Assembly (NCBI GenBank): GCA_965203315.1
Contig: OZ241857.1
Coordinates: 1,792,001-1,856,000 of the forward strand
Source: Nitrosopumilus sp.
GTDB lineage: Archaea; Thermoproteota; Nitrososphaeria; Nitrososphaerales; Nitrosopumilaceae
Length of the DNA: 64,000 nucleotides
Reading direction: 5' to 3'
Each line of letters opens with the position of its first letter. Position 1 is the stretch's first letter. Below the pieces are notes generated by a model, which saw only the letters and a list, made by a program, of their open reading frames with translations, was not told the DNA's origin and did no database searches. The position numbers and the translations under genes were made by a program. Positions 33,673 to 46,055 of this stretch are shown here, piece after piece.

Positions 33673-35597
33673 CATTTACCATAAACGATATTGGAGTAAA
33701 GGTAGGACTAGAGATACATCAACAGCTTGCAACAGGCAAGAAACTCTTTTGTAATTGCAGACCAGCCGAGAATGAAGAGTATGACATATCATTCCATCGA
33801 AGGTTACGAATTACAAAGAGTGAGTTGGGCGAGTATGATCCTGCTGCACTCTTTGAGAGTTCGAGATCACGACGTATAACATACTATGCAAACAGTCAGA
33901 GCAGTTGTCTAGTAGAGTATGACGAAGAACCACCTCATGAACTAGACTCTGATGCAAAAGAGATATCATTGATGATATCTGCCACACTACACTCAAAGAT
34001 CTTTGACGAGATATATCCTATGAGAAAGACTGTAGTAGACGGCTCAAATACTAGTGGTTTTCAGCGCACGATGTTGATCTCACAAGGAGGATACTATGAT
34101 GTTGGAGATGTGAGGATCGGTATCCAATCCATATGTCTAGAAGAGGATGCAGCAAAGAATCTAGGAGAGAGAGATGAATCTAGAGAGTTTGGTTTAGGTC
34201 GGCTGGGTATACCTTTGGTAGAGATTGCGACCGAACCCTTTGACGCAAACATGGATACCATCAAGGATATTGCACTAGGTCTAGGAAGAATACTACGTAG
34301 TACGAAAAAGGTGAGACGTGGTTTAGGATCTATACGACAGGACGTCAATGTATCCATACGTGATGGCAAAGTTGTGATCGAGGTCAAAGGAGTGCAACAG
34401 TTGGATCAGCTACGACGAGTAATCGAATATGAAGCAAAGAGACAAGACGGATTGTTACAGATATCAGATAGGTTGAGACAGATAGAGTGGACAGCACCAT
34501 CAGCAATAGACATTACCGAGACTCTACTAGATTGCAAATCCAAGATAGTACAAAAGGCACTAGACAACAAGCAGAGAATAGTAGGTATATCGTTTAAGAA
34601 TATGAGTAAAATATTTGGGTTTGAGCCACATGCCAATATACGACTAGGAAGAGAGATTGCCGAGTTGGTACGAGTATTTGGGATTGGTGGTATATTCCAC
34701 TCTGATGAGCTACCAAACTATGGCATAACTCAGAGCGATCTAGACAAGGTAAAGGATATCTTGGAGATACAAGATGCAGACGGTTTTCTAATCTTGGCAA
34801 CTCCGGAACAAAAGATGCAGATACTAGTACAGCAGATCATCAGACGAATCGACTATATTCGATTACACGGTATACCCGCAGATACAAGGATGGCAACTCT
34901 GGACGGAGAGACCAGATTCTTACGACCAAGACCGGGATCAGCCAGAATGTATCCAGAGACAGATGTACCGCCGTGGACAATATCGGATGAGGATAGAGAG
35001 ATGGCAACTCGATCGATCCCCAAATCGTGGGACGAGTCTATAAAAGACATTCAAACAAGACATGGACTCAATCTGCAGCTTGCATCTCAGATATTTGACT
35101 CTAGATATATTGAATTATTTGATACAATCATACAAAAGACCAAGATCAGCCCAACGTTTGTTGCGTCAATATTGTGTTCGACAATAACAAATCTAGAACG
35201 AGAAGGATTGGACTCGAGTCTTTTAACAGATACAGAGATAGTCAAAGCCTTTGAGTTTCTAGAGCTTGGTACAATTGCAAAAGAGTCCATAGATATCATC
35301 TTTCGTGATATCATGTCCAACAAATCAGACAGTATAGAATCTGCAATAAAGAATACAACACTAGAGACGATATCTGAGAATGAGATTGAACAGATCATTG
35401 CAGATATTGTAGACAATAACGAACAATTGGTTCAAAAGATGCAAGGACGTGCCATGGGACCACTTATGGGCATAGTTATGAAACAACTACGTGGTAAAGC
35501 ATCAGGTCAAACAATAAACGAGATTCTACAAAAAAGGATCAATGCAAAACTAGAACAAGTTGGCGCACGACATGGACGTAATTACTTCCAATCGTAG
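33669..35597 (+). CDS. gatE: Glu-tRNA(Gln) amidotransferase subunit E
   Basis: GLEIHQQL, DGSNTSGFQR, LEEDAA, RPRPGSARMYPETD. Confidence 0.96.
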   Translation: MTFTINDIGVKVGLEIHQQLATGKKLFCNCRPAENEEYDISFHRRLRITKSELGEYDPAALFESSRSRRITYYANSQSSCLVEYDEEPPHELDSDAKEISLMISATLHSKIFDEIYPMRKTVVDGSNTSGFQRTMLISQGGYYDVGDVRIGIQSICLEEDAAKNLGERDESREFGLGRLGIPLVEIATEPFDANMDTIKDIALGLGRILRSTKKVRRGLGSIRQDVNVSIRDGKVVIEVKGVQQLDQLRRVIEYEAKRQDGLLQISDRLRQIEWTAPSAIDITETLLDCKSKIVQKALDNKQRIVGISFKNMSKIFGFEPHANIRLGREIAELVRVFGIGGIFHSDELPNYGITQSDLDKVKDILEIQDADGFLILATPEQKMQILVQQIIRRIDYIRLHGIPADTRMATLDGETRFLRPRPGSARMYPETDVPPWTISDEDREMATRSIPKSWDESIKDIQTRHGLNLQLASQIFDSRYIELFDTIIQKTKISPTFVASILCSTITNLEREGLDSSLLTDTEIVKAFEFLELGTIAKESIDIIFRDIMSNKSDSIESAIKNTTLETISENEIEQIIADIVDNNEQLVQKMQGRAMGPLMGIVMKQLRGKASGQTINEILQKRINAKLEQVGARHGRNYFQS

Positions 35598-38500
35598 ACT
35601 ATCCATCGAAACTGTTCTTGAGGAATCTTTTCTATAGAGTTGCTGTAAAGTTTTGCAGGGTTTTGCTTGCACGTTATCTTTGGATCATCAAATACATCTT
35701 CGACGATATAAAGCCAATACTCTTCTTGCAATCGCAATGCAGTCTGCCATTCATGATCCGTCAACATTATACTACCAGATCTTTTGTGTGATTTAACTTC
35801 AATCTTTCTGTCAAAAGACTCGACATCATATCCACAATTCTTTTTAGAACAATCTACAACTTGTTTAGATAGTGTATCGTCTGTTGCTCTATCTCGCTCA
35901 TACTGGAGTACTGCCTTCATTCCTGCTTCATCAATGCGTATTCTAATATCTGCTCCAGACTTGGAAGTGACTTGAGCGATGCCTATTAGATCAATCTTTA
36001 CACTAGTTTGAAATTGCTCTTGAATTCTCTTTTTATCGATATCGGCTTTCTTGATTAGGTCTTGGATCTTGGCTCTCTTGGATTTTATGATCTTTTCGAC
36101 ATGTGGACTAGTGTTCTCTGGTTCTAGTTCACGTATTCTAGATTCATGATCTTCTATCTTTTGGACATAGTGATCTCGACAGATCGATACAGTCTTTTCT
36201 TTGATTTTATCTAGAGTGTCACTAGTTTTTTTTCGCTCTTCTTCTGCAAGATCATTTATGGTAGGAGTAATTCTCTGAATTGCACTTGTGACAAAATCGA
36301 TGTTTATTTTCTTATCAGATTCGTCATAATCCCATATACTTCTACTATCAACTTGATATATCTCACCATCAGACTGTTCAAACAAAGATATGATTTTGGT
36401 AGAGCGCTGTTGTAGTTGAGAGTCAGTGACGGTAACCTTGTAGATACATAATATTCCATCTTGAGTCTCATGAGATAGTGCTGCAACATGGTCTGATGAT
36501 GCATTCCAAAGCATCTTTTCGATATCTTTATTTCCAAGTGCTAGATACTGTATTGACTCTTTCTCTGAGGTATTAGCATCAAAGGTGCCTATTATTTCAC
36601 CGATATCAAGTTCTCTAGCTAGTCGTTCAGAGAGACGAATCTTGTATTTGTTGTCAGTACCGTTACTAGTACTGCTAATGGTGTCCATCTTACCACCGGT
36701 CATCTCGACAAACGTTTGTACGAATCGTTTTACTTCATCTATGGTCACAGCTGACTCCCTTATCTTGTGAATATCATCAATCTTTGTTGCATCTAGTCGA
36801 TTTCCTTCTAGCAGTGTGTCTCTCTTTCTTAATATCTCTGTACGGTTGGACTCGATTGTAGATAATTCTGCATTGATCTTTGGCTCCCATTCATCCTTTG
36901 GTATCTCTCTCAATTCGTCATAGTATCGTCCTAGATCATCTGGACCTATTAACATTCCTATGATATCATAGACTTTATCGCCAATGGCGTTCTTTATCTG
37001 TTCAATCTTTTCAAGTAGTTTATTCATGATGTAACCGTCGATTGTCGATTCCGAATCTACTACAAAATTATGATAAAATACATTTTGGTCTTGGCCAATT
37101 CTGTGTATTCTGCCCATTCGCTGTTCTAATTTGTTGGGGTTCCATGGTATATCATAGTTTATCTCGACATTGCAGAACTGCATGTCGATTCCTTCCCCAG
37201 CTGCATCTGTACATAGTATGATCTCGTATCCTTTGGGATCTTTGAATTTTTCTAGTGCTTCTTGGCGTTCTGTAATCTTCATGGTACCATCTATCTTGCC
37301 AACTTTGTAATCGAGAGACTCTGTCAGATGGTTTAGTGTATCTCGATATTCTGTAAAGACCACTAGTTTGGCGCTAGGCATATCAGTCTTGAGTTGTCTG
37401 ATAAACTCTTGCAGTCTAGATAATTTAGAATCATAGTCAAGTGACTCTAGACAAGAGATGATCTCATTCAGGACGATCTTTTCTTCTCTGATATCAGATA
37501 TTGTAAAGCCATCATATCCTTGTACGTCTTCGAACTCGAAATCATCTTCGAACATTTTAGATTGTATTTTGGAGACATCAAAGTCTTCTGTTCCAAGTTT
37601 GTATATTCTACGCTTTAGAGATATCTCTAGCGCGGCTAGTGAAGAACTAGCTCTCTTTCTGTATATGTGTTGTAAGAATCTTATCATATTTGCTTCCTGA
37701 GGAGTCTTTACTTTTGATGCTAGAAAATTAAAGTAATTTTCCAATAGTTGCATTATATGGAGTTCCTTGTCTTTGAGAGGAATGTTTACTGTTTTGCTGG
37801 TTCTGCTTGGAAATATAGATTTTCCTTCAATATCTATGACCTCTTCTTTGATTGTACGTGTCCAAAGATGTGAGGCGGTACTGATATCGGTGACAAAGTT
37901 GTCCAATAACTTTAATCGCTCAATAAAGTCATCATCGTCTCCATCGTGTGGAGTTGCAGTAAGTAACATCAAATGATTTGTCTTTGCTGCTAGATGTTTC
38001 CCAAGAGCAAGTCTAGCAGTCTTTCTTCTCATCTTGTGTGCTTCATCGATGACAACAATATCAAACTCTTCGGTTAGTCTATCAATTACGTGCTCTTGTT
38101 TTAGGTAATCTATAGAGGTTACAAAAGAGAATTCATCTGTAAATAGCTCTGGATTGTATCTAACATATTCACTATTGAGAATTGTTGTTGGAATGTCAAA
38201 TCGCTCTTGTAATTCATTCTTCCATTTTATTTGCAGAGACTTTGGTACCACAAATAAGAGTCGTTTTGCTAGTCCACGCGCACGTAACTCTGATACAATC
38301 AGTGCGGCAATTATTGTCTTTCCTAGTCCTACCTCGTCTGCGATTAGTATTCTCGAGTTGTCTAGTCCCCAGATCACTTCGTTTATCTGATGTGGAAATA
38401 TCTGAATCTTGGTTGATGTTGCGAGTACATATGGATTGAACCTGTATTCCGAATATAGTCTTTGAGCATCCATCCCTAAAACAAAGTCCAAGTGAGAACT

Positions 38501-38665
38501 GGTTATGTTTTTAGTTAACTTTGATATTGGATCATACATCATGCTAACTCTGTTATAGTCATACCATTTTGTTCCGAGATTCATAAATACCTGTATTGAT
38601 TTACCTTGAATATTCTTGATCATTCCATCACCATCAGGTGTGGATACTCTATCGCCTACTTCCAT
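35582..38665 (-). CDS. SNF2-family helicase with C-terminal DUF3883-type PD-(D/E)XK nuclease
   Basis: ADEVGLGKT, DEAH, TATP, GEGID, EQRMGRIHRIGQ; C-terminal GYDVES..KIEVK...LT.HE...Y.LYIV. Confidence 0.9.
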   Translation of the reverse strand: MEVGDRVSTPDGDGMIKNIQGKSIQVFMNLGTKWYDYNRVSMMYDPISKLTKNITSSHLDFVLGMDAQRLYSEYRFNPYVLATSTKIQIFPHQINEVIWGLDNSRILIADEVGLGKTIIAALIVSELRARGLAKRLLFVVPKSLQIKWKNELQERFDIPTTILNSEYVRYNPELFTDEFSFVTSIDYLKQEHVIDRLTEEFDIVVIDEAHKMRRKTARLALGKHLAAKTNHLMLLTATPHDGDDDDFIERLKLLDNFVTDISTASHLWTRTIKEEVIDIEGKSIFPSRTSKTVNIPLKDKELHIMQLLENYFNFLASKVKTPQEANMIRFLQHIYRKRASSSLAALEISLKRRIYKLGTEDFDVSKIQSKMFEDDFEFEDVQGYDGFTISDIREEKIVLNEIISCLESLDYDSKLSRLQEFIRQLKTDMPSAKLVVFTEYRDTLNHLTESLDYKVGKIDGTMKITERQEALEKFKDPKGYEIILCTDAAGEGIDMQFCNVEINYDIPWNPNKLEQRMGRIHRIGQDQNVFYHNFVVDSESTIDGYIMNKLLEKIEQIKNAIGDKVYDIIGMLIGPDDLGRYYDELREIPKDEWEPKINAELSTIESNRTEILRKRDTLLEGNRLDATKIDDIHKIRESAVTIDEVKRFVQTFVEMTGGKMDTISSTSNGTDNKYKIRLSERLARELDIGEIIGTFDANTSEKESIQYLALGNKDIEKMLWNASSDHVAALSHETQDGILCIYKVTVTDSQLQQRSTKIISLFEQSDGEIYQVDSRSIWDYDESDKKINIDFVTSAIQRITPTINDLAEEERKKTSDTLDKIKEKTVSICRDHYVQKIEDHESRIRELEPENTSPHVEKIIKSKRAKIQDLIKKADIDKKRIQEQFQTSVKIDLIGIAQVTSKSGADIRIRIDEAGMKAVLQYERDRATDDTLSKQVVDCSKKNCGYDVESFDRKIEVKSHKRSGSIMLTDHEWQTALRLQEEYWLYIVEDVFDDPKITCKQNPAKLYSNSIEKIPQEQFRWIVYDWK

Positions 38666-39738
38666 TTATCCATACGAGATTGATTCTCGTCCCCCATGAG
38701 TTTCTTGGTTCTTTTTTTACGATCTTTAGACAATCGCCCGTTAGACTGTTGCACAACACCAACACTTAATCCCATGTGATCAGCAATCATTTTTAAGATT
38801 CTGTAGTCCTCATTATCTTGTGGTGTAAAAGCATAGTTTTGATTCTTTTTTAAATCATGATTTTTAATTAGTAGATTCACTATCGGTTTTAAATCTAGTT
38901 CTTTAATATTATCATGATGTAATAGTTGAGTAATATTTGATTCATTAGATACAACATAGCTCAATTGTTGATACAAATTTTTTGGATCAATATCCTCAGG
39001 GCCGTACTCAATATTTTTTTTTAGTTTTTTTAGATAGATATTATTACCATTTTGGTCAATTATGTCACTGTTGATTAATACTTCTAGATTTGTATTATAT
39101 GCTCTAACAAACATTAATGCATTATCTACCGGCATTTGACCATTACTAAATATTTTACATAAAACATAAAAAGACATTTTTGGACCTATTATATCAGACT
39201 GTTTTTTTAATAATTTTACGATTAATTGCTTTATTATAGATTCCCGAGCATCCTTTATAAGTGTCTCAAAATTCGGCGTAAAGTCTTTTGCATAGCTTTT
39301 AAGTATTGTATGTTGGGTAGAAATCTCCAACACTTTGCCATAAACCATAATCAATAGATCAGTGATAGATGTTTCCAAGAGTCTTTTTTCTGGGATATCG
39401 TCAAGAATTTTTACTATGCTATCATCTATGGCAGGAATTAGATCTTCAAAATATCTCACAGAGTCATTCAATATCTTTCTGCAACTAATAACTATCGAAG
39501 ACATAAAGGAAGCCTTGTCTCGTGCAAGAACATTTGTGGCCATTTCTGTATGTATTGCATAGCTTGAAACAATTTGTAGTTTAGCCTCTTGAATTGCTAT
39601 AAGAAATTGATTCCATACATCAGTACTAGAATGTGAAAAAAGAATTACCGCTAATCCATCATCTTTGAGTTTACTTGCTATGGCCTTGAATGACTTTTTT
39701 AGCCCATTACCAAAAAACATCTTCGCGTCCTGTACATT

Positions 39739-41271
39739 AGACATTATGCGTTAGTCGTTTTGACCGAAACACTTAGATCGTAGGTCTAAAAATAGCAATC
39801 ATTGAGTCAAAAAACTAGTACGTCAAACGGACAAATACTGTGTCTCCAGCAAAGAGTAAAAGAGTTAGAGCAGACTGTTAGTGAACTAGAGCAACAACGA
39901 GATACTGTTGCAGAACAACTCGACCAAGAGGCGAACAATAAACCTAATTTTTACAGACAGAAAACAGAAAAGGTTGATGATTTTTGTAAGAGGATCCTCT
40001 CCAAACCAACTACTTTGTATAAATTCACAAAAATGACGCCCAATCTATTCGCGCTGTATGAAAAAGAATACAAACAATACATCAAAGATGAATCAATTAG
40101 AGAGAGACGCAATGATCAACTCAACAAGAGACGTAAAGAGAAACTAGATGGTGAACCAAAGATACCACAATACTCTGGCGTTAATGTTGGACGAGGAAAG
40201 GTGTCAGTATTAAGCACAACAGCTGTCATGTTGATGGAGTTTATGTCTACTCGAGCTGGAATGACTCAAGATGTGATTGGGTCCATATTTGATATGAGTC
40301 AAAGCAATGTCTCTAGACATACTAGACATGTACGTAGATTCCTGAATCAATCTTGGACAAGACCAATAGATATAGCAGACCAGATCTCTAAATGTAAAAC
40401 ATTACAAGATCTACGAGAATGGATTCCTCGCTTAAAGACTGCAATTGATGGGACTCATTTCATAATCGATATACCATCAGATTCTCAGTTAGAAACGTGG
40501 TCAAGGTCTGGCAAACTAAAGAAACACACTTGTGTAATTCTAGTGATGGTGAACAAAGAAAAGCTGATCCTAACTATGAGTCCATTATACTATGGCAGTA
40601 CGCACGAGATAACCATACTCAAAGAGTGGAAATTGGGATTTGGTAAATGGGAAGACAAGATGAGAGATCCATCAACTCCACGTAAAGAGAGAATAAAGAT
40701 GCGTCAGGATTCTGCATACCAAGGTGGCGAGAGTGTATTTCCAGGAACAAACTTTATCGTACCATTCAAAAAACCTCGTGGCGGCGAGCTCACCAAAGAG
40801 CAGAAAGAGTTTAACCGAGATCACAGCTCAGAACGTGTAGTGGTTGAAAATTCCATAGGAATGATCAAGCAGTATCGTCACATGCAACAACAAATTGAAT
40901 GTGTTGAACCTGATTTAGAAAAAAGAATCGAAGAGGTAGCAGCACTTGTAAATGCAGGCATATTATGGGACAAAAGACGCGATCGACCGACCAAGAGATT
41001 TGACAAGCTGTTGCGTGCATATCATCGGCGTGCCAACAAATTGAGAAAGAGATACGGCTAAAACATCATAAATGCAATACAGGATACCATTATCTGTTTA
41101 TGATTTACTGTATTCCTGTACATTCGTGTACAATAACGCAACATTTTGACTGTATTTGCAAAGTTGAATGAGATATTCTAATTTTAGACACTTGTGTAAT
41201 GACGTTGACGCAATAACTTACGAATTTCAACCAGCTTTGGTATCGTTGAAAACGACTAACGCATAATGTCT
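39739..41271 (+). mobile_element. IS5-family (ISL2/PIF-Harbinger-like) insertion sequence
   Basis: TIR agacattatgcgttagtcgtttt at both ends; TSD ATT (or TA if ends are 1 bp shorter). Confidence 0.9.
39802..41061 (+). CDS. DDE transposase (DDE_Tnp_4-like)
   Basis: F.MSQSNVSR HTH, IDGT, DSAYQG, PFKKPRGGELT..Q..FN...S.ERVVVENSIG. Confidence 0.9.
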   Translation: MSQKTSTSNGQILCLQQRVKELEQTVSELEQQRDTVAEQLDQEANNKPNFYRQKTEKVDDFCKRILSKPTTLYKFTKMTPNLFALYEKEYKQYIKDESIRERRNDQLNKRRKEKLDGEPKIPQYSGVNVGRGKVSVLSTTAVMLMEFMSTRAGMTQDVIGSIFDMSQSNVSRHTRHVRRFLNQSWTRPIDIADQISKCKTLQDLREWIPRLKTAIDGTHFIIDIPSDSQLETWSRSGKLKKHTCVILVMVNKEKLILTMSPLYYGSTHEITILKEWKLGFGKWEDKMRDPSTPRKERIKMRQDSAYQGGESVFPGTNFIVPFKKPRGGELTKEQKEFNRDHSSERVVVENSIGMIKQYRHMQQQIECVEPDLEKRIEEVAALVNAGILWDKRRDRPTKRFDKLLRAYHRRANKLRKRYG

Positions 41272-42815
41272 ATTATTAAATCGACCTGGGCTTTCACAAT
41301 AATCTTCATCGAGTGGAACTCTAGATGGGAGTTTGTGATATTCAGAAAGAATCCTATAAACCCATACATAAAAAAATTCTGATATTTCTCCATATTGAAC
41401 GTCATTACCATACGGAGGATCAGTAATTATTAAATCGTATTTTTCATTAGATATTTGTGTGACAGATTCATTTTTACAATTTGCTGTGTAGTTTAGCTTT
41501 GATACAAATCTAATGGATTTATATATAGAATTAATAATATTTGGAATGCTACCACTAATTTTTTCAAATGGATTCGATTCAGCAAAATTATATACAATTC
41601 GTGGTTGTCTCATACTTAAAACACCTCTTTGTAATTCTGCTACAATCGTCCAATGAACTCCAAATCCAGATTGATCTACTCTTTTTGCAAGAAGAAATGA
41701 CAAATATGTTGCAATTATTTCACGATCTGATTTTTTAGATATTTTGGAGCAAACGTTTTTAATATTTTGGAGCATGGTACAAAGTACCAACATTTGACGT
41801 GGATCAAAATATTGATCCCAGGTAGTTATACCATAGTTCCATAAAGCGTTATTTCTGCTATAATTAGCTAAAATATCTTCATTAGGAATAATATTGTTCA
41901 TTTCAAATTCTTTACGTTTTCGCTCAAACATTTTTTTAGCATCTTTGTATTGCTGTTTATCTTCACTTGTAGGCAGAATATATTCTTTGTTTTTTCCAAT
42001 CTGAATCTGTATTGCGATCATTTCACGATCTTTATATTTTTGAATGTCACTTACGACTGCATCATACAATATTGTGTTTGTACATGAGATGCAAACTGCC
42101 TTTCCTAGTTTTTGTGTGTAACTCTTGCCATCATGTTCAGAAATATTATCAACTAATTCTATTTTGAAATCTTTATTTTTAGGAATTATTTTTATTCCAA
42201 GTGTCTTTTTTGGTTTTTTAACAATATACATATGATTTGTGAGTGGAAATCTTTGTTGGCAATAAGGGCAACGTATACACCACGACCAAAGATATACAGT
42301 TGACGATTTTCTAAAAAACCTACTTAAAGATTCTTTTGTATCATCAAGTACAATATTTGCATATTTCTTAAAGTCATCGCAAAGATTTGATTCATACTGT
42401 TCAGGATATACAAGAATAGCTTTTTCTATTTGAGATGCAAGTGGGTTATAATCAGACACTGTGACATCAAACCCCAATTGTACAGCAGGGAACATTAGAT
42501 TTCCAGATCCTCCAAATGGATCTAAAACTTTGATAGATTTAGGATCAATGTTAAGCTTTTGCTTAAAATCAGAAATATTTGGATTGTAATCAAATGGTTT
42601 CTCCTGATCTAAACCTAAAAACTGCTCAACATCGGAAATATTATTAAAACAACAAGAAAGCATAATTGCCCTACCAACTATTAATGGCTTTTTAGTCCAC
42701 CATGCCATCATCTGAGTAATGCTAGGTGCAGTTTGTTTCTCTTTTTTTGATGCATTGCCAACACGATTGAAAAACTCTAGTACGTTTATGTTTGCGTCTT
42801 CGATTACTGCATGCT

Positions 42816-43175
42816 TCAAGCCACATCACTATTAAGTATCTTCCATGCATTAGGCGCTTTCTTATTGGTCAAAAATTGATATGACCAAAAATGGATCTCT
42901 AAACTACTCTCACTTTTAATATGATTAAGAAATTGTATTCCCTGATATTCGTTTTGTGCACTCTTTAGTACCATCATACCGACAAACTTTCGTGCAACAT
43001 CGTCGTCCCAATCATCTTTATTTAGGATCAAATGTTTTTCTGCAATCTTTGCTCTCCACCCAGACACTGAAGCATATTTTATCTTCTTCTTACCAAATAC
43101 ATCATCTACATATACCTGGAGGTTTATTGATTTCTTACTTTTACTTTTTTCAATTGTATGATGATAAGTTCTCAT
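42816..43175 (-). CDS. Small hypothetical protein of the restriction-like operon
   Basis: Translationally coupled between ATPase and methylase; occupies the position of DUF3780 in related systems (inference). Confidence 0.65.
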   Translation of the reverse strand: MRTYHHTIEKSKSKKSINLQVYVDDVFGKKKIKYASVSGWRAKIAEKHLILNKDDWDDDVARKFVGMMVLKSAQNEYQGIQFLNHIKSESSLEIHFWSYQFLTNKKAPNAWKILNSDVA

Positions 43176-45831
43176 TTTTTCACCAAATTATTTTCTCGTA
43201 ATTTGTCAGATATGTCTACAGACGATTCTAGATCTAGTATAGCAGTACATGATGCAATAGAACAGGATTCTAAACATTTTAGTAGACGTTTGGCCAAAGT
43301 AATGTCTTTAAGTTCACTTGTTATAGTAGCAAGTGTGTTATCTTCTAGATGTATATCAACACGTATTTTTCTATGTGTGCAATCAATAAAAAGTAATTTA
43401 TTTAAGGCGTCAAAGACATCGCTAAACGATCCTAAATCTACTGTATACTTGAATGGATGTTCTCTTTCGATTTCATCATTTGGCAGTAATGGTTCCGATG
43501 TAGAATTCTCTGACTTTGTTGTAGTTTTTTGTTTGATAAAAGTTTTTACAAGATTTTTGTGTATTAAATAGCCAGAAAATTCTACTTGCGTATCTCGAGA
43601 GATGGTACCAAGATACCCCCCCCCTCGACATATTCTTCTAATTCACTAGCATATCCAAACGCTCCATTTTTAACTCCATCAGATATTGCTTGTTTGATCG
43701 AACTCATGTTTTCAACAATTCTTTGTCTTTTGTCATATAGAAAACTATTGTAAATGTCTTCCACCTTTTTGTGCGAGTCCACAGATATAGCGTCTTGACT
43801 GAGTTCAGATACCATCTTGCCCTTACTCTTCAAAAACTCTTTCACCATATCTGTAATGGTTTTATGATGTAGATCAGAGTGTGGCATGTCAGAGAGTCTT
43901 GGTTCAGGACTGTCAGGATAACCTATTTGATTATACCCTACAATACATGCGCGAGTGAGGTTACCTTTTGCTTCTTCCTTTTTTATTGTTATATTCTTAT
44001 GAAATGTTTTATCAGCTCGGATCTATTCATCTTTCTCTGCTTTTTTTATGGCAACCACTTCTTTGGCACAGTCTCTAATTTCATCCACTCTATCTTCATC
44101 AGCATATAAAAATACGATCGTATTTTGGTGTCTTCGCGGCGAATTATCACTAGTATGTGCAATAATATCAGATATTCGTGTCTTCATGTTGTTATTTGTC
44201 TCGTAATGAAAAAAATATAATTTTAGATTCTCATCATCGGGAACATTCTCACTCCAGACTACAAGTTTGAATATTCCTTTTGGAGAATTTACGAGCTCGT
44301 GATGTATTTCATAATCAATCTCTGACTGAGTGATATTTTTTGCGTGTTCTGCAATTATGGCATTCTCATTTGCTACATCAACAAAATAATACTGACCTGC
44401 ATTCTCTTTGACATACCAAAAATATTTTCGGATATCTTCACTCAATGCATTATCGACTAGTGATGAGTCAAATCCAGGCTTGCCTATAGATAACTTGATC
44501 TGTTCAGATGTTATTCCAGATTTTTTGTTAGGTATCTGATGTAATGAATAGAGATAAATTGTTCTTGAGATGGATTCCACAATCTTGACGTGTCTATTTT
44601 GATCTAAATTTTTGGCATGTACTAGACAGTCGGTATTTACAATTTTACCAAACTCATTTCTGTCAATCTTTGAGGTAATCTCATCTAGTATTGATTGATC
44701 TTCTAGATTGATGTGTTCGGTAGATAACAGGAGACAGTCTTTCTTGCTTTTATATATGTCATGTAGTAACAGTGCAAGGAACCGTAACGTCCCTCTTGTT
44801 TGATTAAATTTAGAAATGGTTGAAACTCGCTCATACAGTATCTCAATGATCTTCGGATGAAATGGGTATGATCTCTCCAGTTTATTTTGGAAATCCGAGT
44901 CAATTGTCAAACCCTGATCGGAATAATAATCTAAATACTCTTTTATTACTAACTTTTTTTCGTTTTGGTCAATATCTTTGATCAGTCTATGCCTTATGAC
45001 ATCATAAATCTCGTTTTTTAGTACAGGATTGATTATGCTAGTTTGGCGAGCAAGTGATTCTTTCAATCCCTCTACAACTTTATCTGTTTTTGTAATATTT
45101 CCTTTAATACGATCTGTGGTTTCTTTGAATAATGGTTGCTTATCAGTAAGCGTCATTATGAACATACTATTTTTGCTAGAAGATACTGCACTGATTAATT
45201 TGTAAATAAACGACTCGGTAATCTTGGATTTGTTTGTGTCTCCAACCTTTTCTGCAAGAGTCTCAGTGAGGTAGTGAGGTAGTTCATCGATCATGAGTAG
45301 AGTGGGTTCATCAAAGAACGATTTGATAATATTAAGATCAGATATTGGTTTTGTAGATTCATCATACTCTTTAACTAGATCATATTTACCAAGCTTGTCG
45401 GCAATCTCCCCCCACAATGTATTTCTTTTAACATCTCTACCATCAATTGCTACAACACGAATGTTTGGTATTGAATCGATTCCAAGATCTTTATCGAGAT
45501 CGTATTTTTTGCTATACTCAAAACCAATTTTAGGATTTGATAGAACGTGATACAGCAACATCAAAGTATGTGTCTTGCCTCCACCAAAGCCGGTGTCGAC
45601 AACAATTGCAGGTTTGCCCAGAGATCTAGTGACTCTATGCAATACATCTTTAAGAATTGACTTCATCTGTATTGTAAGAAATGTATTGTCGAGAAACTTT
45701 TCGGGATCTTGATATACCGGATCTGCACTCCCAGAGGTCAGATCATGCATCTCGACAGCAAATTTGTGTAGATCTAGGTTTCCTGTCTCAATCTCATCAC
45801 TAAACTTGCAAGTCTCCCAAATATTCTTCAT
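43172..45831 (-). pseudogene. DUF499 AAA+ ATPase with in-frame TAG (44023-44025) and poly-G frameshift (43616-43624)
   Basis: YQDP..F...TF, TGFGGGKTH, TLWGEIA, IDE, SYPFHP, FNQTRG.LR; frame continues after TAG, then shifts at G9 to an ORF ending in ATGA overlap at 43172-43175. Confidence 0.85.
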
Positions 45832-45929
45832 CTATGATACTTCTCCACTTATCAACAAACTCAATTTACCCCTAAAATAACGTTTGCTAAGTTGTTAAAT
45901 TAGCACAGTAGAACATATAGTCACAATAA

Positions 45930-46014
45930 TGCGGGAAGTGGGATTTGAACCCACGAACTCCTAAGAGATAAGGACCTGAACCTTACGCCGTTGACCGGGC
46001 TGGGCGACTCCCGC
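45930..46014 (-). tRNA. tRNA-Leu (CAG)
   Basis: GCGGGAG..TTCCCGC-A acceptor, anticodon arm TAAGG-TT CAG GT-CCTTA, long variable arm, GTTCAAATC. Confidence 0.95.
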
Positions 46015-46055
46015 AGTCTATGTATCATAAACCAAGAATAAGTTTCTTTATTAGA

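Larger units (their letters stand above)
38656..42819 (-). pseudogene. DUF1156-type adenine DNA methyltransferase interrupted by an IS (~875 aa if excised)
   Basis: WWTKKPL, DPFGGSG, TDPPY in 5' part; LKDDG..VILFSH in 3' part; parts rejoin in frame (GRFNN-VQDAK). Confidence 0.88.

Noticed and set aside
35560-35600. att-site duplication of the tRNA-Leu 3' end at the far side of the defence island
   Set aside because: No copy of the tRNA 3' sequence found there and no integrase in the window
43158-43571. 137-aa plus-strand ORF
   Set aside because: Antisense shadow of the frameshifted DUF499 ATPase C-terminus
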